A stretch of DNA of 64,000 nt from Prorocentrum cordatum (lineage: Eukaryota), in assembly GCA_963575745.1 (NCBI GenBank), contig CAUYUJ010000004.1, positions 372,001-436,000 of the forward strand, read 5' to 3'. The notes below the pieces were generated by a model. The model made no database searches and was not told where the DNA came from. It saw only the letters and a program-made list of their open reading frames with translations. Position 1 is the first letter of the stretch; every line of letters starts with the position of its first letter. The translations under genes and the position numbers were made by a program. This document shows positions 13,998 to 24,800 of the stretch, one piece after another.

Positions 13998-15262
13998 GTG
14001 TGGTCGTGCTGGGGAGTGGTCGTGCTGGGGTGTGGTCGTGCTGGGGGGTGGTCGTGCTGGGGTGTGGTCGTGCTGGGGGGGTGGTCGTGCTGGGGGGTGG
14101 TTGTGCTGGGGCGTGGTCGTGCTGGGGCGTGGTCGTGCTGGGGCGTGGTCGTGCTGGGGTGTGGTCGTGCTGTGGTGAGGTCGTGCTGGGGTGTGGTCGT
14201 GCTGGGGTGTGGTCTTGCTGGGGTAGGGTCGTGCTGGGGTCGGGTCGTGCTGGGGTGTGGTCGTGCTGGGGTGTGGTCGTGCTGGGGTGGGGTCGTGCTG
14301 GGGTGGGGTCGTGCTGGGGTCTGGTCGTGCTGGGGTGTGTTCGTGCCGTGCTGGGTGGGGTCGTGCTGGGGGTGGTCGTGCTGGGGGTGGTCCGGTGGGG
14401 GTGGTCGTGCTGGGGCGTGGTCGTGCTGGGGGTGGTCGTGCTGGGGGGTGCGTGGCTGGGGGGTGTCGTGCTGGGGTGGTCGTGCTGGGGCGTGGTCGTG
14501 CTGGGGCGTGGTCGTGCTGGGGTGTGGTCGTGCTGTGGTGAGGTCGTGCTGGGTGTGTGGTCGTGCTGGGGTGTGGTCGTGCTGGGGTGGGGTCGTGCTG
14601 GGGTGGGGTCGTGCTGGGGTGTGGTCGTTCTGGGGTGTGATCGTGCTGGGGTGTGGTCGTGCTAGGGTGGGGTCGTGCTGGGGTGGGGTCGTGCTGGGGT
14701 GTGGTCGTGCTGGGGAGTGGTCGTGCTGGGTGTGGTCGTGCTGGGGTGTGGTCTTGCTGGGGTGGGGCCGTGCTGGTGTGGCGTTGCTGGGTGTGGTCGT
14801 GCTGGGTGCTCGCACCCTGTGAATTTATCGATCGGTCGTGCTTGGTGTGTCGTGCTGGGGTGTGGTCGGTGCTGGGTTTGGTGGTCGTGCTGGGGTGTGG
14901 TTCGTGCTGGGGTGTGGTCGTGCTGGGAGATGGTCGTGCTGGGTGGGTCGTGCAGGGCGTGGTCGTGCTGGGGGTGGTCGTGCTGGGGGTGTGTCCGTGC
15001 TGGGGGGTGGTTCGTGCTGGGGCGTGGTCCGTGCTGGGCGTGGTCGTGCTGGGGCGTGGTCGTGCTGGGGTGTGGTTCGTGCTGTGGTGAGGTCGTGCTG
15101 GGGTGTGGTCGTGCTGGGGTGTGGTCTTGCTGGGGTAGGGTCGTGCTGGGGTCGGGTCGTGCTGGGGTGTGGTCGTGCTGGGGTATGGTCGTGCTGGGGT
15201 GGGGTCGTGCTGGGGTGGGGTCGTGCTGGGGTCTGGTCGTGCTGGGTTGTGGTCGTGCTGGG
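13998..15262 (+). repeat. G-rich 15-bp minisatellite (GTGGTCGTGCTGGGG)n; also 15840-16536 and 17027-17757
   Basis: Tandem units. Each array follows a 12-bp CACGAAACATYC/CACGAGACACCY array. Confidence 0.95.
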
Positions 15263-15263
15263 G

Positions 15264-15301
<38 letters not shown>

Positions 15302-15579
15302 ATGGTCCGTGCTAGGTGGGTCGTGCAGTTCGCATCGAGACATCCTGCCTAAATTTCCAGTAAAATCGTGCAAAAACAAAGGAATTAGTCGAGACATCAA
15401 CGAAATTCCTTCGCGCGGGGCGCTTTTCCGCGTCGCGGTCGGCTCTGCAAAACAAGCGTTTCGCTCGAGACATCCTCGGCAAACTCTGCGGAGCAAGCGT
15501 TTCGCTCGAGACATCCTCAACACACGAAAAAGTGGCCCGCACCCTGTGATTTATCGATCGGGATTTCAAAACCAAAAAA

Positions 15580-18318
15580 CATGATGGACCCACGAACCCG
15601 GAAAGGGATATAGACATGTGCAGCATGGTCACGTTTTCACGATATCCAACTGGGCGACACCTCACGAAACATCCCACGAGACACCCCGCGAAACATCCCA
15701 GGAGACACCTCACGAAACACCCCACGAGACACCTCACGAAACATTCCACGAGACACCCCGTGAAACATTCCACGAGACACCCCACGAACAGGCAACCACT
15801 CAACCAGACACCCCACGACACATTCCACGGGGGTGCGACTGGGTGTGGTCGTGCTCGGGGTGTGGTCGTGCTGGGGGGGGTGGTCTGGCAGGGGTGGGTC
15901 GTGCTGGGGGGGTGGTCGTGCTGGGGGGTGGTTGTGCTGGGGCGTGTCGTGCTGGGGCTGGTCGTGCTGGGGCGTGTCGTGCAGGGTTGTGGTCTTGCTG
16001 TGGTGAGGTCGGTGCTGGGTGTGTCGGCTGGGGTGTGGTCTTGCCTAGGTGGGGTCCGTGCTGGGTGGGGTCGTGCGGTGTGGGGTCTGCTGGGGTGTGG
16101 TCGTGCTGGGGTGTGGTCGTGCTGGGGTGTGGTCGTGCCTGGGGTGTGGTTCCCCCCCCCCCCCCCGTGCTGGGGAGTGGTCGTGCTGGGGTGTGGTCGT
16201 GCTGGGGCGTGGTCGTGCTGGGGGGTGGTCGTGCTGGGGGTGTGGTCGTGCTGGGAGGTGGTCGTGCTGGGGCGTGGTCGTGCTGGGGCGTGGTCGTGCT
16301 GGGGCGTGGTCGTGCTGGGGTGGGGTCGTGCTGGGGTGGTCGTGCTGGGGTGTGGTCGTGCTGGGGTGTGGTCTTGCTGGGGTAGGGTCGTGCTGGGGTC
16401 GGGTCGTGCTGGGGTGTGGTCGTGCTGGGGTATGGTCGTGCTGGGGTGGGGTCGTGCTGGGGTGGGGTCGTGCTGGGGTCTGGTCGTGCTGGGGTGTGGT
16501 CGTGCTGGGGTATGGTCGTGCTAGGGTGGGGTCGTGCATTTCGCTCGAGACATCCTGCCAAAATTCCAGGAAATCGTACAAAAACAAACGAATTAGTCGA
16601 GACATCATCGAAATTCCTTCGCGCGGGGCGCTTTTCCGCGTCGCGGTCGGCTCTGCAAAACAAGCGTTTCGCTCGAGACATCCTCGGCAAACTCTGCGGA
16701 GCAAGCGTTTCGCTCGAGACATCCTCAACACACGAAAAAGTGGCCCGCACCCTGTGATTTATCGATCGGGATTTCAAAAACATGATGGACCCACGAACCC
16801 GGAAAGGGATATAGACATGTGGAGCATGGACACGTTTTCACGATACCCAACTGGGCAACACCTCACGAAACATCCCACGAGACACTTCACGAAACATCCC
16901 ACGAGACACCTCACGAAACATTCCACGAGACACCTCACGAAACATTCCACGAGACACCCCGCGAAACATTCCACGAGACACCCCACGAAACATTCCACGA
17001 CGACAGGCAACCACTCAACCAAGGCGGTGTGGTCGTGCTGGGGAGTGGTCGTGCTGGGGTGTGGTCGTGCTGGGGGGTGGTCGTGCTGGGGGGTGGTCGT
17101 GCTGGGGGGGTGGTCGTGCTGGGGGGTGGTCGTGCTGGGGCGTGGTCGTGCTGGGGCGTGGTCGTGCTGGGGCGTGGTCGGTGGGGCGTGGTCGTGCTGT
17201 GGTGAGGTCGTGCTGGGGTGTGGTCGTGCTGGGGTGTGGTCTTGCTGGGGTGGGGTCGTGCTGGGGTGGGGTCCTGCTGGGGTGTGGTCGTGCTGGGGTG
17301 TGGTCGTGCTGGGGTGGGGTCGTGCTTGGGGTGGGGTCGTGCTGGGGTGTGGTCGTGCTGGGGTGTGGTCGTGCTGGGGTGTGGTCGTGCTGGGGAGTGG
17401 TCGTGCTGGGGTGTGGTCGTGCTGGGGGGTGGTCGTGCTGGGGGGTGGTCGTGCTGGGGGGGTGGTCGTGCTGGGGGTGGTCGTGCTGGGGCGTGGTCGT
17501 GCTGGGGCGTGGTCGTGCTGGGGCGTGGTCGTGCTGGGGTGTGGTCGTGCTGTGGTGAGGTCGTGCTGGGGTGTGGTCGTGCTGGGGTGTGGTCTTGCTG
17601 GGGTAGGGTCGTGCTGGGGTCGGGTCGTGCTGGGGTGTGGTCGTGCTGGGGTATGGTCGTGCTGGGGTGGGGTCGTGCTGGGGTGGGGTCGTGCTGGGGT
17701 CTGGTCGTGCTGGGGTGTGGTCGTGCTGGGGTATGGTCGTGCTAGGGTGGGGTCGTGCATTTCGCTCGAGACATCCTGCCAAAATTCCAGGAAATCGTAC
17801 AAAAACAAACGAATTAGTCGAGACATCATCGAAATTCCTTCGCGCGGGGCGCTTTTCCGCGTCGCGGTCGGCTCTGCAAAACAAGCGTTTCGCTCGAGAC
17901 ATCCTCGGCAAACTCTGCGGAGCAAGCGTTTCGCTCGAGACATCCTCAACACACGAAAAAGTGGCCCGCACCCTGTGATTTATCGATCGGGATTTCAAAA
18001 ACAAGCGTTTCGCTCGAGACATCCTCAAATTTTAATTCGCCGGCCTCCTTCGACCTCGATATTTATCAGGGAAAAAATTCGCCGGCCTCCTTCAAGTTGG
18101 CACCGGGGGATTAGGTTTACCAACTAAAAGAGAACCCTGGGCCGGCGCCCTTTCCGGGAACAAGCGTTTCGCTCGAGACATCCTCAAATTTTAATTCGCC
18201 GGCCTCCTTCGACCTCGTTATTTATCAGGGAAAAAATTCGCCGGCCTCCCTCAAGTTGGCACCGGGGGACAGGTTTACCAACTAAAAGAGAACCCTGGGC
18301 CGGCGCCCTTTCCGGGAA
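15580..18318. mobile_element. Subfamily II element, nesting level 3
   Basis: Inserted after GGGATTTCAAAACCAAAAAA; the host resumes with CAAGCGTTTCG at 18319. Confidence 0.75.
16781..18160. mobile_element. Subfamily II element, innermost uninterrupted copy (1380 bp)
   Basis: Flanks GGGATTTCAAAAA + CAAGCGTTTCG rebuild the empty site seen at ~9886-9910 and ~17989-18012. 11-bp inverted repeat CCCGGAAAGGG / CCCTTTCCGGG. Confidence 0.85.
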
Positions 18319-18885
18319 CAAGCGTTTCGCTCGAGACTTCCTCAAATTTTAATTCGCCGGCCTCCTTCGACCTCGTTATTTATCAGGGAAAAAATTCGCC
18401 GGCCTCCCTCAAGCAGGCACCGGGGGATTAGGTTTACCAACTAAAAGAGAACCCTGGGCCGGCGCCCTTTCCGGGAAAAAAACAAGCGTTTCGCTCGAGA
18501 CATCCTGTCAAAATCCTAAGAAATCTAAATTCCTGCGCGCGGGGCGCAGCACGCGCGAGACATCCTCATAATTCCTGCGCGAGGGGCGCTTTTCCGCGTC
18601 GCGGTCGGCTCGGCAAAACCAGCGTTTCGCTCGAGACATCCTCAACAAACTCTGAGACCAAGCGTTTCGCTCGAGACGTCCCCAACACTGCAAAAACCAG
18701 CATTTCGCTCGAGACATCCTCAACACATTCTGAAAAACAAGCGTTTCGCTAGGGACATCCTCAAAAATAATTCCGCCGGCCCTCTTCCCGCACGTAATTT
18801 ACCGCAGAATAATTTCGCCGGCCCTCTTCCCGTCGAAACCGGGGGGTAAACAAACTAGAAGAGAACCCTGGGCTCGAGCCCGTTC

Positions 18886-21800
18886 ATATGTAAAATATTA
18901 CTCACCGACAAAGAAAAATGGGGCGAGGTAGGATCAGAATGCGGATTCCTGTGTGTTGGACAAGCCAATCACGAGGGCGTATGTGCATGCATGTACCATA
19001 TCGGTGTTCCTGCTGCGGCTACCGATTCGCGCACACCTCGATCGAGGGCACGTTCACCGCACGGTAGACACCACCGTCATCCTCCCTCACCACCGCATGA
19101 TACAGAGAGGTCTAGGACACTTATCATCCGGTTCCGCCGCAGCTGTTTTACCACTCGAGCGGCGAAGCTCACCAGCATCTTCTTGCTCGCTGTGTGCGAG
19201 ACGCAATCAAGTGAGATCGGTTCTAACCCCGATCCCCCCATCCTCGAGATGGACCAGGCATCGCCGCTCCACCTTGACGGTTGGGCCATCGCCTACGACG
19301 CCACTTACGACCCGAACGCCAAGGACGACGACCGCGTGGGCTTCACGTACCACGCTCAGACGGGTCGTCCTCGCGGTCCCGAGGATGGCTTCACTTACGT
19401 ACATCATCTGCGCTTTGATCGAAGTGCAGAGTATGATCTACGTGTGCCCGACGAATCCACCATTGTCGAGGTTACCCGCTCCGCGTCCGCCGACGTGACG
19501 AGTTGGATCGGCAAAGTTGATGGAGGAGTCGGCGGCGACGCCAGCTACGAGTACAGTGCGACTACGGCCACGCCGTGGATGCCATTCATGAAAGCCATGT
19601 GCATGATCTCCAGCCTCTTCACGCGTAATTCTTCTGTACAAGAAAACGTTCATGGCTTACATGGTCACTTGCATGCTGTGATTCCAAACTCACACCGCAA
19701 GTGTCCACCAATGGAGCTTACGACGGTGGTATTAAAGGCGGAGTGGATGATGATGCACAACGATTGGTCAAAAGTGGGCAGTGCATTTCTTGGGCAATAT
19801 GCTGAGGACAGCGTTCAGGATACAAACTACGTGTACAAAGATGGGCTTTGTGCGCCTCACGATGTGTACAGTAATGGATTGACGACTCCCAGCTACGCAC
19901 CAAAACTTGATCGCGCTGCGATCAAACTACCCGCGCGCCCACCTGGCATGGCCAGGACATCGGATACTGCGGGACACCTCGACCACGTTGTCGAGGATAA
20001 CCTCGTCACCGACGTGAGGGCGTTTTCCGATATACACCAGACAAACACATTCCGCCGCAAGCTCAGTACGTGGTTGACCGCACGCGGAGGATTTGGAGGC
20101 ATCGGATCAGGCCCCAAGACGGTGGCAACACCATCCGATCACCTAGACCGCTGGACAATCCTCCCAGAGCATGACGAGAATCATTGGCAGCCATACGAGG
20201 AGGGCTTTGTGCTCCCCGGAGAAACGCCTACCAAGGAGGACCCTTGTCTTATTCCTGGTGCTGCTGTTGATCCGCTAGAGCTCGCACAATCAAAATGCAG
20301 CGCGTTTTGCGGTGGTCGATTGGTTTCTACCCTTCTTTCAGACAACGGGTGGCTTGCACTCGTACAGGAGGACCTGGGACTCCTTCTTCACCATGCCTTT
20401 GGACCGTCAGGTCACGCATACAAATGGACAAACCTGCGCACGGACTCCACGTGGATCATGCATCCCAGGAAAGGGTCCAAGACCGCCGCGCATGAGAAGT
20501 ACCCCAGCCACGGCGTCGACGAGCTCAACAGCTCACAGAAGCGAGATGCTCTTGCTAAGGCATCAAATGTTGGCCTCGTACCTCTATTTTTGCCGTGCCT
20601 CAACCGTGCAGAATGCATCGGCGGCGCCACCCTCGAGCATTTGTCGACCGTCATCCGCGACAACATTATGATGTGGGCATTCTCTTTTGGCAATTACAAA
20701 GAATGGTTCAAACAGAACGACGCGGCGATTGGCCAGGACTGCATTCTATTGCCAGGGGCTGGTGGCGACACCCGCTGTGGTATGGCACAGCTCCGTGAGC
20801 AGCGTACGCAGGCACAGGAGAACCGTATCGCAGCTATCCTCGCAAACCAGTCTGAGTCAACACTCGAGCAGCGCAACATGATCCTCATGATCCGCAAGGC
20901 CAGGGGTTTAACGCTGATGAACGACAATGCTTATATGAAAGAGTGGCGTATATTAAATGAGCTTATATGGGAATATCGGGCTAAAGAATTTCTTGCATTT
21001 GTGAAACAAAGACACTACTGCAGAGGCCTCGACGCCCCTGGTGGCATGGAGCGCAAACGACATTGCGTGTGCTAATCATGGTCAGACCATGTTGGACACA
21101 CGTGGCCATCAGGATCGCGCCCGTACTTCCGTGCGCGAGCTCATCAAGATGGAACGCCAGGGTGGCGTCCCGACGCTTATGCCAGTACATGTGCAAGTGG
21201 ATTTGTCACGCTTTATTGGCGTGATGCCGTACTTTCGTTGCCCCACCGTCATGGGGCCAGGCAAAGCGGCACAATGGGGCGTACACCCAAATTTCGACTA
21301 CCACACGGGCGACCTGATCAAGACGATGCAATCGCGTGGTGTCACAGTTCTTCCCTCAGACCACTGGATTGATGCGTGCGACAGAGTCGCGCCTCAGGCT
21401 TGGCATTCAAAACAGAATAATCACAATCTGGCGACGATCCCGACTCAGTTTTGTGATGCAGTATGCTACCGCAATTTCTGTGCATTGATCCAGCCATTAC
21501 CATCGCAGCTTTATCCATTCCGACCTCCTATCCTGATTCCGGTCACGGACACACAGGCCTACACCCAGGCCGCAGAGATTGTGGAGGCTCTTCAAATTCG
21601 TGAGAAGATGACCAACGAGTGGAAGAGGAATCTCAGCCTCACGACGCTGATGACTCAGACTGCAGGAGAAATTGCTCACTGTGCCTGGATGGCATCTCGC
21701 GCCAGCGGTACTTTGCCGAAATCAATGCCGTTGGCAACAAGCGATCCATGCATGACCATCCCTGGACTCGCAAAAGAGCCACCAGCACCAGATCTTAGCG

Positions 21801-24800
21801 ATCCTACAAAGGCTATTCCTGCTAACGATCCATTCGGCCATGCATGCGACGAGTTGTTCAACCATCTTCTCCTTCTGATCAACGACTACCCCGGGGCGTG
21901 GGCATCTTGGGAATCACCTGAAAAGAGAGAGCTCTTTCACCCCAAAATCGTGAAAGAAATTCAGGGTGCACACGCTGTTGCCTGGGTCGTGTACGAGCAG
22001 TTCCTGCACCAGATGACTTGGACGGCGATGGCGAATCGACCAAATCACGCATCATTGCAGAACGCAACAGATTGAACTCTCATCCTATTGGTCCTCGTAT
22101 TGACAACCAAGACACCATTACAGCATGCAAAGGTTTCTTTACACAGAACGCCTTGGATCGGCTTGCATTGGGACTCGAGGCAGACGTTCCATCTACCGTC
22201 TGGCGCGCGGCAGCTGGGACAGATCAGCAGACCGAGGACGGGCAGCCACTGCCGCCAGGCCCACTGCCTGATGCACTGCCGCCAGGCCCGCAGCCGATCC
22301 CACTACCAGAGCCGCTGCCGCCTGGCCCGCTTCCGATTGGCACGCCAGCCGACCCATCGCCACCAGACCCGCTACCGACAGCCGCGTCAGTCCCGATCCC
22401 CGATGACGACACTGACGTGGAGGCGGCGGAGCTGGAGGCAACTCCTGCCGACGACGGACCTTCTCCCGATCAGCAATCGGATACGGTATACATACTGTCG
22501 CGGCAAGACTGTTGCGAGCGTTCCTTACATGAGGACACCAGCCAGATCCCGACATTGGACAATGCGTGCGCTCCTCGTGAGTACAAGCTTCAAGCAGGTC
22601 ACGCGGATGATCATCCATACGTCCCTCCACCGTTGCGGGGCACGTCCGCGACCAATGGCATAGCTTGCTTGCAGGGCGATGAATGGACGAGCCAATTGTC
22701 ATACGACGATTGTGTGATCGCCCATGCGCCTGACATCGTTCAATCTGGTTGCTTCCCAGAGTGGAAGTGGATATCGCTCCCGCCGTGCGACGGGGTGCGC
22801 TACGGACCTGAGCTGATCGAGGAATGGCTTGGCGACCCTGTTTGGATGAGCAAAGACATCACGACGATGCTACGTCATGAGATCCACTACAAAAAGTTCC
22901 ATATTAATCAGCACACTTGGAAGATGCCCAGCAACTGGAAATAATTTCAGGATATGGTCCAGTGGAAGTTTCAAGAGCGCGCACTCCACAATGGACCATC
23001 CACCGAGGCGGCCATGGCACACTTCAAAAAGGACGGTGAGCCAGACGGATATACGGACTGGACTAATTACTACCCGATCTTCGTCATTCGTGCATTCCAG
23101 AAGCACATTGACCCGCAGAAGAACCGGCTCGAGATATATGCCAAACCAGTCCCCGACGCGGGCGATCCCAGCTGCTTCGACTGGAACAGCGTTATCGCTA
23201 TCAAATGCGTCGGAGGTCTCAGTTGCGTCAATCCACTCTCCAAACCGTGGAATATGGGCTGGGAGAGCTTACAATGGACAGACGTGAAGTACCTCCACCA
23301 CGGCACGACACTTCGTGCCTGGCGAAGCATCCTCAAGTCAGGGAGTATTCCAGGCTGTATTGATCCGTCTTCTCAGAGAGACAAACACTTCCGAGGATCA
23401 CCACGCGCGGAGGCATTCTTCAGTTCCAGCACCTACGTAGACAACGCTCAAAAGAATCCTCACATCTCGGTACAATCGTACAAGTTCAAGCACTACAAGA
23501 ACGAGGTAGAGCTGGTAATCAACATGGAGATTGCCACAAAGGCTGGATGCAGATTTTGGCTGGGAGGGAGCACAAGGTGCTACTATGACTGAGGACGTGG
23601 TCCCAGCCGCCGCAGTAATCGCCATTCGCCGTCTCACACCACGCAGTGAGCATGGCAGGCAGATATGGCCAGAGGGCACTACTTGGGTTCACCCGCCACT
23701 GGCTGCGAGACAACCATTGAGCAAATACGAGATTTGCGCTGTTCCTCCTGGGACAGACACAATCGATGACCCTCCTGGGATTGCCCCAACTGGCGTGGCC
23801 TACGACACGGCTCAGCAGACACAGACACAGTCCGCCTCAGCATCATCGGCCCAGCGGCCAATCGCCCCTCAGCTGGGGGCGACCCCCGCTGGCCACACAT
23901 CTGACGCCGACGCTTTAGATGAGACGATGGTCCGTGCTATAGTCAACAGTTGTGGGCACAACACACAGGATAAATAATGGTTGATAGCTATACCACATTG
24001 CAGAGAGGCCCTGCGACCCATCACATCAAATATTACACAGAAAGATTGGGGTCGAAGGCCTATCTTCAATGATGTTTGCATGGGGGACTTCGTTATCGTC
24101 AAAAATTGTGGCTCTACCAATTGCTACCACTATGACAATGACTTCCCCAAGGGCGACTACAATGCGAAGGTGCGCATGAACAAGGGCCATATTTATGGAC
24201 CAATCATCTATGTCGGAGTCTCCGAGAAATTCTTTGCGGTACAAATACCTATTCTCAACTACGGTTTACGATGGGTAAACATATGGTACTGCGACAAAAA
24301 CATGCCCCTCATGGGCGTTGTCTTCGCTTTGCCAGTACGTGCCGGCATCGACTCGAGCCACATGAATGTTGCACTTGAGGGCCCCTCTTCATGCAGCGAC
24401 CAGATCTATAAGTATAAAGAATCACGTGATCTACCATATCTTGGAATGCCGAGCATTTACAAACCACGTATCCCACGTGCGCCGACCAGACGCCCCGCTC
24501 CTCGGACACCCGATCCCGACGAGCTGGTGGCAATACCTGCCGAGGCTCCCACAGCAGACGACGAGGGATCCCGACAAGAGGCAGGCCAATCCAAAGAGCC
24601 TCTGGTAATTGTCATTGTGGATATATCGACTATACCACTCACAGATGAGGAGAAAGCAGCCAATGATACCATGAAGGCGGATTGGTCGGCAGAAATTCAC
24701 GCTGATGAGGACATCGGCTCGAGCATCATTGATCATATTATGGACCCGCCAGAGGATTTCCTCAACCACCCCGACTATGAGCCAGAGGATGGTACAATAT

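Larger units (their letters stand above)
13752..18477. mobile_element. Subfamily II element, nesting level 2
   Basis: Left end CATGATGGACCCACGAACCCGGAAAGGG after an A-run. Right end GCCCTTTCCGGGAA, then an A-run and CAAGCGTTTCG. Confidence 0.75.
11891..18885. mobile_element. Outer subfamily I element of a four-deep nested stack inserted in the copia ORF
   Basis: Left end CAGGATCGACCCACGAACCTGGAAAGG. Right end GGGCTCGAGCCCGTTC, missing the last few nt. Flanked by the 32-bp duplication. Confidence 0.85.

Noticed and set aside
15263..15299. Poly-A tract as a retroposition tail
   Set aside because: No upstream element body or TSD. It lies in a noisy minisatellite and may be a sequencing artefact.
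13571..18127. Long ORFs (up to 692 aa) of WSCWGVVVLG / STTTPQHD repeats
   Set aside because: Translations of a stop-free 15-bp minisatellite, open in many frames on both strands.
18030..18160. HDV-like ribozyme in the right-end module (CCGG..CCGGGG..GGT-ACC..ACTAA)
   Set aside because: Could not build a consistent P2/P3/L3 across copies by eye; needs a descriptor search.
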